Below are positions 46,815 to 59,384 of a stretch of 64,000 nucleotides of DNA, in pieces. Below the pieces are notes generated by a model. That model worked only from the letters and a program-made list of their open reading frames with translations. It did no database searches and was not told where the DNA came from. Position numbers and translations under genes: made by a program. Every line of letters starts with the position of its first letter. The first letter of the stretch is position 1. Source of the DNA: Centroscyllium fabricii (lineage: Eukaryota). The DNA lies in NCBI GenBank assembly GCA_051313645.2, contig JBNRSN020000008.1, positions 51,956,001 to 52,020,000 on the forward strand, written 5' to 3'.

Positions 46815-47301
46815 TTAATTCGTTGATGGGGTGTGGGCGTCGCTGGCTGGCTAGGCCTGCATTTAGTGCCCATCCCTAATTGCCCTTGAGAAGATGGTGG
46901 TGAGCCACCTTCTTGAACCGCTGCAGTCCATATGGTGTAGGTACACTCACAATGTTTTGTAGCGGTTGTTTACAACTGAGTGGCTTGCTGGGCCATTTCA
47001 GGGGGCATTAAGAGTCAACCACATTGCTGTGGGTCTGGAGTCACATGTAGGCCAGACCAGGAAAGGATGGCAGATTTCCTTCCCTAAAGGACATTAGTGA
47101 ACCAGATGGAGTTTTGCAACAATCGACAATGGTATCATGGTCGCCATTACTACGACTAACATTTAATTCCAGTATTAAATTGAATTGAATTTAAATTCCA
47201 CCAGCTGCCGTGGTGGGATTTGAATCCATATCCTCAGAGCATTTGACTGAGCCTCTGGCTTACTAGTCTAGTGACATAACCACTACACCACCGCCTCCCC
47301 C
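46815..47301 (-). mobile_element. tRNA-derived SINE sharing its 3' tail with the LINE family at 5124 and 21181
   Basis: Head GGGGAGGCGGTGGTGTAGTGGTT...GGATTCAAATCCC and tail ...TTCAAGAAGGTGGCTCACCACCATCTTCTCAAGGGCAATTAGGGATGGGCA. Confidence 0.78.
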
Positions 47302-50084
47302 AATGGGGAGATTAGTGTGCCCACCTCAAAGTGTGCCTGCAAAACACTGAGCTCCTCTGCTAACGTAAAGCCTCAGCTTGACGTAAACTGCATATAAAGA
47401 TGCCAGATATCTGGCAGTGTGTTACAAGGCTCAGTCCGATGGTTCCAATGACATCATGAATTGGGAGAGCTAAATTCAAGTGGTTAATAAAAGCCAACAA
47501 AACTCCTTGTTTGAATTAGAGCTTCAAACTCACAGCCAGCTGTTTGTTAGTCTGTATGTTATATGTTTAATAGTTTACTTTTTGTTCATTTCTTTCTGGC
47601 ATACTTTCTTGACACAGAATCTGTGTCTTGATGTCAGTGCATCTTCATTCTAAATACCAACTTTATGTCTCCTTGGTGGCAACCTTCTTTCCAATCAGTA
47701 GCATAACCTGTAGTGTACCCACAGCATCTGCAGATCAGCAAGGCATCCGCCATAGCCTGCCCTTGTGCATTGTCTACACCCAAGTTGATTCGCGGCAGTA
47801 AAATGCCACTCAGAAAGAATAGTTTTGGTTCCTTCAATGTACTCTCATATACAGTAATATTTACACAGCAAAGGTGTATTGCCCTATGATGGTGTACAGG
47901 GCATTGCAGTACATGCACAAATCACTCATTTTCGGAACATGCTCTATAACCAGTAATTCTGCGAGAGATTCTAAATGATTTCCACAGAAGCCAATTGGAA
48001 TCGACTGAGTGGTACTTTCCAGAAGGTTTTACATTTTCTCCCACATGGCGCAATGCCACTATTGTGTGAAGAAATTAAAAAAATCTTAAGGAATCCAGTT
48101 AAGCAGTTGAGTCTTTGTGAAATAGCTCGATGTTTATTGGAATTGTCTGGAATTACATTGGTGTTATTTTCTAATTATATAAAAAACCTTGACAGTGAAT
48201 ATGTCTTAAAGGGACCTGACAAGCTGACAAAGTGAAACCTGTGGCTCATTCCTGCCTCAAACCATCAAGGGACATACAGGGAGTGCATATTTTAACGGAT
48301 GGGCGTTGGAATGAAGATGATTTTGAAAGAGGTCGAATCCCTTCTTGTCAGTCTGAGAAGGGTTGGCTCTCTGCTGTAAAATCAGTTCTAAGTGCCATTA
48401 GTCTGGCGTCCTTGATATTGGATGCAGCTTTTCCCTGAGCTGCGTCTAATCTCTACACCTTCCTATAAGAAGCAGTAAAATGCCTGCGTTCCTCTTATCC
48501 TCTCTGGCTAAGTTTGTTTAAACTGTCTGAGGCCTTTGAATGTTGAATTCCCTTGATGCTATCACTTTTGTCATTTAACAGCTTTGAGAATAATCATCGC
48601 TGCAATTGAAATGTTTTAAAGTATTGGGGTGAGAATGGAATTGTCAATGAAGTGCCTAATAGTTTATGTTAAAAATGGCGCTTGTGAAAAAAGTGACTGG
48701 ATTTGCTGGTAGCACTCAGGGAGGGGTTCAGACACAGCCCTCGAAAATAAGGGCAGAACGTTACATTACTTTAATGGCGTTTAAATTGGGTTTGAAGACA
48801 ATTTTGCCGTGTGAAATGAATACTGAAGTCAAATTAAATTGTGACCGCCAAAACCCTTTTTTGTGAGTTAATGTGTATTTTGATGTTTTAATTAATTTTT
48901 ACATTATTACTTCATTTATTTAGTAATGAGGCAAGATTAATTAATAATAATTATAATAAGAGTAACTCATTCCCAGGAAGGTTATACTAAAGTAATTACA
49001 AATTAAAAATGGAATCTTGTAGTTTTGCTTTGTGTTCTAGGTAATGTGAAGTAAAATAATTTAAGGCCAAAAAACGCTTTCATTTGCAATATAATTGCTT
49101 CTTTTTACACATCTTCAGTACAGTTAATTAAAAACACTGATTATATTCAGTTACACTACCTTTGTACCTAAAATATCTTGACCAAATGAGAAAACAGGTG
49201 CAAGTAGATTTAAAAGTAACATTGCAATTAGCATTGGAAATTGGGAGATTATCTGAAGGAATTGCTGTTAATTTCAGTCAGTGACAACATAATTTATCCA
49301 CCTCAAACACAGATAGTGCTCAGATGAACAATTACCTCCTTCTCCACGTGCAGTCAGCAGGTGAAAGTGTTTGCCAAATATTTAGGCAATGCGAGGATGT
49401 TTTTTCGTGAATTCCATCTAGGACTCGGAATAGATTTCAACACCGTGGAATGGGAGGGGGAACTGACTGAATAGTTTCTGGTTAAAGGTGTAGAAATAGA
49501 TAAAGCTTTTTCCCCCCTCCTCTGGAAGATGTTTAATTTGCTTGTGGTGTCGTCTTTTTTTAACATGGAATATGTTAACTCATTGAGGGCCTGACTGGCA
49601 CTCTGCACAGTGTTGAAATTTGTTCTGGTTGTTCACAGAATCGGATCCTGCGCATTTCCTGAATTGGCGTTCCATTTGTAACTGGCATTAGAAATATGCA
49701 GAGAGCGATTTGTGGGAATGTGTGTACATCTTTTACTCTTCTGTTTTTGTAAGTCTGAGAGTGAAAGGGAGGACTTGAGTGTTTAACCGTTTTATTGAAA
49801 TGCCAGGAAATGTAAGGTAGATGTGCCGCTGCAGAAGGTGGCTATGAAAAGTGTCATATTTTCGGGTTGAAGTGAGGACGAGGAGAAAAGTTTATTCAGC
49901 ACATTGGAACTGTGAGGGACGCCTTTCGCGCTTTGAATATATTTAGATAAGTCAAGCTGGCCTGGGCTTTGCATACGGACTTGGTTAGAATTTTACACCA
50001 TGCTTGATAAAGCATGTTTGCATGGTATATGCTTGGTTTGAATGGAAACATTGGTGCAGTAGTTGTGATCTGTTTCAAATAGCA

Positions 50085-51085
50085 CATTGGAACAGTACAT
50101 TCTAAATAAATGGGTACATGTATAAAGTATATACTCTATTTAAATGACACAATTATATAGTTCACAAATGTATCTGTTTGCACAGTACCTGCGCTGTAGT
50201 TAAATGGGAACATTTATAAATAGTTTTCTGAAATTAAATAAACATGTTTACACAGTGTTTACTTTTTTTCTCTTCCACCAATTTTTCCACCAAACTGTTC
50301 CTCACCTGAATGTAAAGACTCATGCTAAGGGGACAGTTCCATTAGGTTCTGGTGACCCTCTGGCACCTCCCCCATGTGGTCTTACAGGTGGTCGATTCAA
50401 GTGTACATGATTATATAGTAACTATTTAAAACGATGTGTTTGTACTGTATGCATCTATTGAAATGGACGTTCATGTAATAACAGTGCTCTATTTAAATGG
50501 ATGTCTTCATGCAATATGCGCTCTCCTTAAATATTTATACAATGTGTGCTCTACCTGAGTAGGTTTGTCTATATGATAGCTGTGCTCTATTTTAATCAAC
50601 ACAATTATACAATATATAATTTTAGTGGATATATTTAGACAGGATATGCTTAAAATAAATATGTTAATATACAAACTCCAGTATTTGTTCTGGTTAAATT
50701 AATACATTGATACAGTGCGTGCTTGACATGCAGATGATTATATCGTATATGCCCTCTATTTAAGTGGACGCATTTACTTTGTATTGTCTATTTAAAGGAA
50801 TGCATTTAAACAGTGCATGCTCTATTTAAGTCAGCATGTTTATACAATATGTGCTTTATTTAGGTGGACACATTTACACACCATATTTTAATGTTTGTTT
50901 CTAAAATATGTGCTCTATTTGAATAGACTTGTCCGTACAGTACCTGTGTTCAATTTGAATGTACATTTTTGTACAGTATGTGCTCTGTTTGAATAGACGT
51001 ATCCGTACAGTACCTGTGTTGTACTTAAATGAACAAATTTGTATAATGCATAGTTCCTGTCTTCTATTTAAATGGGTTAATTTGT
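50085..51085. repeat. Degenerate ~35-bp AT-rich tandem repeat
   Basis: Recurrent ACAGTATGTGCTCTATTTAAATGGACACATTTAT-like units, interrupted at ~50230-50420. Confidence 0.65.
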
Positions 51086-52353
51086 ATTATTTTTGCTCAT
51101 TAAATCAGACAATTAGTTGGATGGGTTTTATATTTGATTCATGTACTTTATTTCCTCGTATTTTATGTAAATTTGCAGTCAACATGACTTGACCAAAATA
51201 CTCCGGTACGGATCCCATGGAAACTTTCTGCACTGTATCATCCTACCGGGCCTTTATTGTTTTAAACTCCTGTTGGATTACGTCCGAGAGCATTTTTTTT
51301 AATGCTTTATAAAATCTTTTAACATATTGGGTACAAAGTGAATGAAAGAGACATTGAAGTTCAGAGTCAGAGAATTGATGTTTTCGATAGTTCCTGTAAA
51401 TGCTGGAATGATCAAAACCTGTCCATTTTCCCCAGAAAAGTGGGAAAATATAGCAAGTGGAAATATCTGCACTTTTCCTAGCATTGGGGCGATGGTAATT
51501 ATTTACTAGGAATTAATTGTTTAGATTAGGAGTTAACTGCGAATGGCACTAAAATAATTTTGTGATATTTCATAGGACCTTTGCACAAGTTTGCTTAGCT
51601 TGTATTACCTATCTTCTAGAGTGTGTGGTGTGACACAGATACTGTTTGAATTATTCTTTTCATAAGATTATACATAAAACCAAGCCTCATGTAGCAAGAA
51701 GGAACAATCTAACCTCCACGGGGTTAGTTCAGCTGTGTACTTCTGCCATGCCACTTGCCTCATTCCTAAAATTATAACATGAAAATGATTCCTTCAATAA
51801 TGTTACGAGACAAAGCCAGGCTTCTGCAGGGGAGAACAAGATGAAGTTTGGACTTTGCTGCCTTAATTACATCATATACCCTGTACCACTGTCAAACCTG
51901 CTGTCTTATTCCAAAAAATATATACTCCTCTTTGGTATTCCGTGACCATTCACAAAGGTTGAAACTCTTACAAATTGTCAGAGCTTTATTCAGTCTGATT
52001 CGGTCCGATGTGGATGGGAGAAATGTTTGTATTTTGTGTTTGGCTGTGTCCTGGAACTGAAGATGCCTGTTCTGTACAGCATGTCAAATCTGGTTAACAC
52101 GCTGCTATTTATCTTTAATGCCTAACTGGAACAATAGTACGGTGCACCGAGTGCTTATAGATCGCGCCATGCATGTAGCCACATTTTGACGCTTCCTTTG
52201 TGCTCCGTCAAGCCACTCCAGTGAGCAGGTCAGGCAATATTTCATAAGGTATTCTGGGATTTTGTGAACCTTTCAAGAAACAAATTGTATTCGACAAGTT
52301 TACTTTGAGTGAGCTGCCTGAGGACCACTGAAGTGTAGAAAATAGATGCAGGA

Positions 52354-52580
52354 NNNNNNNNNNNNNNNNNNNNNNNNNNNNNNNNNNNNNNNNNNNNNNN
52401 NNNNNNNNNNNNNNNNNNNNNNNNNNNNNNNNNNNNNNNNNNNNNNNNNNNNNNNNNNNNNNNNNNNNNNNNNNNNNNNNNNNNNNNNNNNNNNNNNNNN
52501 NNNNNNNNNNNNNNNNNNNNNNNNNNNNNNNNNNNNNNNNNNNNNNNNNNNNNNNNNNNNNNNNNNNNNNNNNNNNNNNN
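52354..52580. other. Assembly gap
   Basis: N bases. Confidence 1.
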
Positions 52581-53262
52581 GTGCTTGTTGTGTTGTGTGC
52601 GCTGTGTTGTGTGTGTGTTGTGTGTTGTGTGCGCTGTGTTGTGTGTGTGTGTGTTGTGTTGTGTGTTGCATTGTGTGTGGTGTGTGTGTTGTATTGTGTT
52701 GTGTGTGTGTGTTGTGTGTTGCATTGTGTTGCATTGTGTGTTGTGTGTGTTGTGTTGTGTGTTGCGTTGTGTTGGTTGTGTTGTGTGTGTTGTCTTGTGT
52801 GTGCTGTGTTGTATGTTGTGTTGTGTGCGTTGTGTTGTGTGTTGCGTTGTGTTGTGTGTGTTGTGTGCGTTGTGTTGTGCATTGTGTTGTGTGTGTTGTG
52901 TTTGTGTGTTGTGTTGTGTGTTGCGTTGTGTTGTGTGCGTTGTGTTGTGTGTGTTTTGTTGTGTGTGTGTGGTATGTTGTGTGAGTTGTGTTTGTGTTGT
53001 GTTGTGTGCGTTTTGTTGTGTATGTGGTATGTTGTGCGTGTTTTGTTGTGTATGTGCATTGAGTTGTGTGTGTGAGTTGTGTGTGTTGTGTTGTGTGTGT
53101 GCATTATGTGTGTGTGTTGTGTGTTATGTGTGTGTTGTGTGTGTTTGTGTTGTGTGTGTGTGTGTTGTGTGTGTGTTGTGTGTGGTATGTTGTGTGTGTT
53201 GTGTTGTGTGTGCGTGTTTTGTATTGTGTTGTGTGTGTTTTGTTGTGTCTTCCGAGTGTTGT
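52581..53262. repeat. Compound (TG)n/(TTGTG)n microsatellite
   Basis: Low-complexity T/G tract; source of the His/Thr and Cys/Val pseudo-ORFs. Confidence 0.97.
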
Positions 53263-54036
53263 GGGGTAGAGTTTCTCCATAACTAATTATTCTTAACAAT
53301 CATTTATTATTCTGTTAGTAAACAATCTAATTGTCCCTTTCCCTTTTTACAACTGATGCCACAGTTACATAATCTTCTGGGGTTTCTCCTGTGTACATTT
53401 AAGCCATCAATCTGGTTTCAAAGATCCCAGGAGCATGCCTGACCTGACGTAAGGGGTCTGTTCCTTGGGGGTTGATGTAAATGTCTTCATTCACAGGAGG
53501 TTGTGATTCTGTGATGTTCTCCATTCGTTTTCCACCCCTGTTCCTCGGAATTCTGCAAGCCCAAGGAAGGCTATGTAGTTCAGAAGGGTGATGTCAATTT
53601 GATCCTTATTCACATAAACTTTTTCCCCACTGCTGCAGAGGAAAGTTTTGCCAGGTGTCAGCGGTATTGTTGAAAATGAAGAATATCACAGAAAAAAGAG
53701 ACAGAGGTTTCAAAAAAGCAGCAGTCAAATAATTCATCTCACATGTCATCTTTCCTCCCAAGTTTCTCCCCTCCTCTCTTGAAGGTGCCTGGGTATAGAT
53801 TCATGATGCTGACAGGCTGCCCAGTACCTTGCCCAGGTGACTATTCTTCTTGCAAGAGTCTAGATAGTAAGTGGTGACAGGGTATTCGCAGCTGAACATT
53901 ACCTAACGTTCATGCAACACAGGTTACTGGTTTAGATAGATTTTTTTTCAATACAGTTTATGCAAGCAATTACTTGTCCCATGTTGTTACTGTAAATGGA
54001 GGGTAATAGAAAGAATAAGTCAAATAATAGAAATAT

Positions 54037-54675
54037 ATTCAATTCAATTCAATTCAAGTTTTATTGTCATTGCAGAGTACTAGTACAATACAACGAGCCG
54101 AAGACTCGACGCTCCCGAGAGTAGTGCAAATAAATTACATGCAAATTGCATACAGTAAAGTACATTATCAGGCGTGCAGGTACCGGAGTTTATTTTTAGA
54201 GTTCAGGAGGCTGACAGCCCTGGGGAAGAAGCTGTTCTTAAATCTAGACGTGCGGGTGCAAATTGATCTGTAGCGTCTCCCGGAGGGCAGGGGGGCGAAC
54301 AGACTGTGGCTGGGGTGTGTGGGGTCTTTAATAATGTTCAGAGACCTCCGTAAGCAGCGTTTGAGGTAGATGCTTTCCATTGACGGTAGCTGGGTACCGG
54401 TGATTCGTTGGGCAGTTTTGACTACCCGCTGCAGGGTTTTCCGGTCCGAGATGGTGCAGTTCCCATACCAGACTGTGATGCAGCTTGTCAGTATGCTTTC
54501 GATTGTGCAGCGGTAGAAGTTGGAGAGGATGCCGGATAACAGCCTGGCTTTCTTCAGCTTCCTTAGAAAGTACAGGCGCTGTTGGGCCTTCTTAACCAGA
54601 GAGGAGGTGTTTAGTGACCAGGAGAGGTCTTCCGAGATGTGGACCCCGAGGAACTTGAAGCTGGACACCCTTTCC
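54037..54675 (-). mobile_element. Rex1/Babar-type LINE 3' end, second copy
   Basis: ORF 54168-54668 is nearly identical to the C-terminus of 3114-4274 and has the same (TTGAA)n tail. Confidence 0.9.
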
Positions 54676-55507
54676 TATATATATATATATATATATAAGC
54701 CCCAGGTAACAGGCTAAAACAATTTGGTGCTTTTGCACAGCCCAGTTCCTGACTAGAACTTACATGAGTAGTCAGTCATACCTGCAAATTAGAGAATAGC
54801 AGAAGATTATTTATCTCCAGAATGTTTAATGGACTGTTTTCATAGTCCATTATTTTTTGGTTCTGGATTGAATAACTTAGTAATCTGTCTTATGATTCTC
54901 TCTCAGAGGGAGGGGAACGGGTGCCATCGCTCTCAGCTCCAGAGCTGTCAGTTGGAAAACAATCCCTAATTTCACCACAACACACTGTTTACTTATATCC
55001 ACATAATGTAACTTGCACGGCTAGGATATGCAGCAAATGGGGAAAGCATGCATGGATTTCACAGGTAACAGGATTACGTGGGCATATAATTGATCCATGT
55101 GGGAAAAAAGACAGAGCTCTAAATGTGTCTACGCTTTGAAAATGGAGTTTATGAAATGGACATTCGTACGTTTGAAGCAATCAATATGTCAATTCTAACA
55201 GATCACAGTGCCAGCTGTTTTATGAAGAGACCGTGAGCGCCTGCAGTCCTTTCCTCAGCCTTAACCCACTCACAGGCGTAAACCCGTAGTATTGATAGGG
55301 ATAGAATCACAGTGCATTTGGAAAGCTTGCCAAAAGGATGGGGGTTAATATATATATGCCTCTCTCTGACCTACCTGCACTGACTGACTGGTAATTAATC
55401 GAACCTACATTCAGACAGTATTAATAAACACTGAAATCAAGGCTGGTTATTTCTATGGGGTGGGGGGTTGGGTGGCGGTTGCGAGCAGGGGGCGCATGCA
55501 GGCAAAA

Positions 55508-55910
55508 CACAGAAACACAGAAGATAGGAGCAGGAGTAGGCCATTCGGCCCTTCGAGCCCGCTCCGCCATTCAATGAGATCACGGCTGATCATCCAAACC
55601 CAGCACCCCCCTCCTACCCTCTTCCCATATCCCCCGACACCCCCCAATTCTAAGAACTATCACATATCCCACCCTATCCCCGCCACCCTATCCCCGTAAC
55701 CCCCAGATATTCAATCCCCCTAACACTAAGGGTCAATTTATCCTGGCCAATCAACCTAACCCGCACATCTTTGGACTGACCGGAGCACCTGGAGGAAACC
55801 CACGCAGACACGGGGAGAATGTGCAAACTCCACACAGATAGTACCCGAGGCTGGATTTGAACCCGGGTCACTAGCACTGTGAGGTGACAGTGCTAACCAC
55901 TGTGCCACAT
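55508..55910 (-). mobile_element. V-SINE (HE1-like)
   Basis: Homologous to 46204-46606 with small indels. Confidence 0.87.
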
Positions 55911-57388
55911 CCTGCCCATCTCAAAAACTGACTGGATAGGACAAATAATATATTTTCAAATGCAACAAGTTTTAGTTCAGCCATGAAAGTTCCAGATTAA
56001 GGTGAAAAGCTAGCTGGACTATGAGTACCAAAAGTACCAAACACACCATTTGAAGGCAACAGTTACAGAATGTGCAATAGAGTTAACACTGCAATCAAAA
56101 TACAAAGCTGTCAAAGTTTAAAAGCCCCTGCAGCTCCTTTGTGCTTCCTTATATGGCTGCTGCATGTCAGTGAACGCAAAGGGTCCCTTGCCCTGTAATC
56201 TTAAGTGCTCTGGAAACTTGTCCATAATAATGGAGAAAGGCTTAAACTACAATATATAGAATGGGGAAAGTGAGCAAGGCTTTGGAAGAAATTCAGCATT
56301 GCGGCCTATTTCACTTTGAAGAATAAAAGCATGTTAACGTTAAATGCCAATAATACCAAAAAAAAAGAAGTTAAGCACCTCCCACTCCGCTTTTGACACT
56401 TAAAATAATTTGTCCTTACTACGCTTTCACGTGCCTGTGCACTGAACATAGTACTGGGACTGGGGCTGCAAAACACCTTCGTTCAGGGGCCAAGGATATA
56501 CATTAACCATGTAGTGAAGAAACTGCTTTCCGGTGCGTCACAATATTATGATCTGCTGCTGTGCTGTGATATGTAAATCTGCTTCGTTTTCTGCTACCCT
56601 GACAATTCCACTTAATAAACCTCAAAAATGGTGAAGCCTTTTACTTGTTCAAATAAACTTTAATAGTCTGAGAAAATAATTCTCATTGCATTCAGCAGTA
56701 TAGTGTTCTGGTAACTGATATATCATGACTTTCTAAAGGACCCATGCTGTGCGGATTTTCTGTCTTGCAAGCTAGACTTTTCTGCATGTACATGCAGGCC
56801 AATTTGTCGAGATCAGAAATGGTTAGAGGCATGTGAAGTGCCATACTTTTCATAGCATCTTGCTTTTTGAAACATCCTAAGATGCAACGTAACTCTTTGA
56901 ATGTGTTCAGAATCACTGCTTTTACTGCCGTCACCATTTTGTGCACCTTCTAATTGGCCCAATATTTATCATCTCTCTGCCGGAGCTCCTGTCTCAAAAA
57001 TAACACAAATTTCTGCTGACAATTTGCCTTCAAAAGATTCTCACAGTGTCACAAAAGGTCCTTTAATGTCCCTTTAATGGAACAGGTGTACCTTTCTTGA
57101 ATAAAAATGCCCCTCCCTGTCCTTGTGGTGGATTCATTTTGTCGATAAGTTCCAACTTCTGGATCAGAAACCATACCTATTAGTCTTACCTGAATTTAAA
57201 GATGACAGAGGGAACACATCTCATTTACAAATTGACATCCTATTGAACAGATAGCACTGAAGAAAGCTTCCCTCAATGTGGAAAAAGCCACCCTTTGTTT
57301 TGGGCTATTCAGACTTGCTCATTACCTGGAAGATTTGAGAGAAAATTGTATCCTTGCCACTTTTCAAAATGAATTTGACTTACAGATC

Positions 57389-58199
57389 GGGGGTAGGAAT
57401 CCCTCTGGGCATTGGGGGGGATTTCGCCGGAAGTGCGGGAACCTGGCGGGGATTGGTCTGGGCAGGTTCCTGTCCCACCCGCCCAATGGCCTGGGAAGGC
57501 CACGCAATTTAAATTTAGCTGGGTTGTTAACGGCAGCAGGTGGTAATTAACTCAATCGAGTCGGGGCTGCGGCGGGGCTGCGAGGAGTTTGATTGACAGT
57601 TCCAGCACTGGTTGTTGACAGTTCCCAGGAAAACACTCCACTGTGACATCACAGTCGAGTGGAACCAATGGGAAAGGTCAAGTGCTGGTGACTGACAGGT
57701 GGGCGGGCAGGCTCAGAATCCTTGACAGCTCGCACCGGCTGTGAGCAAATGTGCAAAGCTGCGTTTTCTCAGTTTTTGCTCACAGCTGGTGCAGCCACCA
57801 CGGAGTAACTTACTCCTCTAAGGTGGTGGAGGCATGCCAAGCATTTGGCAGCATGTCCTTCACACCTTGAAGGAGAAAGTAATGACCAGCGCTGTGCTCC
57901 CGCTAGGTTTCACCCAGCGGGGTTTAAGGTGATGGGGTTAGGGTGGGAAACAGCTCAAAATGGCTGAGGGCCCTTAAAATGGCATTAAACATGCCAATTA
58001 ATGGCCCTTAACGAGGTGACAACCCATCCCCGCCGGCCGCCGGCAGGAAGGTTTTGGGGCGGGGAATCAGGGTGGGGGAAAATGATAAAGTGGCGGGGAT
58101 ATGGCAGCAGGGGGCGGGGGCGTCGCGACCCACTGGTTGCGCTATTTTGCCAGCCGAGCCACTGAAAACCCCGCCTCACGGGGACATGAAATTCTCCCC
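57389..58199. mobile_element. Second, apparently complete copy of the GC-rich non-autonomous element at 5521-6306 (opposite orientation)
   Basis: Begins GGGGGTAGGAAT and ends GAAATTCTCCCC; aligns to 5521-6306. Confidence 0.78.
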
Positions 58200-59384
58200 G
58201 ATTATGTGGAGCAACATCGTAAAAACATTTGTTAAGATTCCCTCTGTTCCGTATTTGTATGGGAATCTTAAACACACATTCTAAACCATCACATTTGAAG
58301 GTTTTTCTGGAAAAGCATAAAATAAAGGAAATCTTCGCCAACATATTTAATGCCACTAAACGCTGCCAGCAATGGAACCTTATCCGCCCCACCTCAAGTG
58401 ACGGTACGGAAGTCAAACAATTTTTACATTTTCCTTCAGAGCTACAGGTTCTTATAAAGAAGTGAGCAAATGCGACTTCAAAAAATAAAAATAAAGCTCT
58501 ATTTATATCACAAGCAAGCAAACTGGAGGGTGAGTGCAATATTTTAATATGTCAGGGGGGGTGTTGTCACGTAACCAAACTTAAAAGAAAATGATCAAGG
58601 AAAGCGTTGGGCAGAGTTAATATATGTATTGGGAGCAGAAGTAAAAGAAAATTTTTAAAAAGCATATTATTTGGCTGTCACGTGGCTGATCTCTCTTTTC
58701 CCTTTTTTTCTCTCTTTCTCTTCACGGTGACATCTGCTATCAGGCTAAGCAGGTGTTCTTGTGTAAACGAACGTGGCCTGTTTGTGTTTCACTGTTCTTG
58801 CTACTGCACAGTCAAATGAGCAGTGTGATTAAGAATCCTGTAAATTTTTGAAAAGGGACGGATGGCTGCCCTACTAGAACCTAATTACAAAGCTCGAACA
58901 TCCGCGGCTCGGTGCTATCACTGCAGCGCCGAACAGCAGAAATTAATAATATATAATGGCATCATTCTTGCAATTTGTAAATGAAGTAAAGTGGGGGAGG
59001 ATTCTGCTGACGCGTTGTTTCGTGTTAATTTTGCAAGATTGAATAGAAATTGGAATTGTAGTGAGGTGAAACCTTGCTGACATGCTCCTGCAAGTTGCGA
59101 ACATGGGATTAACGCTGCATTTTAAATGTAATGTCCCTATGATTTGAGCGGTGCTCTTTTAATCTGCAAAGCTCGAGCCATCCAGCTGAGAGGTGCGTTG
59201 CGGTTACACCTGGCTCGAAGTCTCTGAGGAAGTCTGCGACGGCGCTGCTTAATGTTACAATGTGGTGAACGATCTCATCCTGAAGAAATATCCTTGTAAT
59301 AGCCTTCTGTGACAGTCATTGCTTTGGTAACCTCAACTTACTTATGTTAAAGCATTCAGTGAGTTGAACTAGCTTTGAGGAATA

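Noticed and set aside
52208-53299. His/Thr-rich and Cys/Val-rich long ORFs
   Set aside because: Translations of a TG microsatellite and an N gap.
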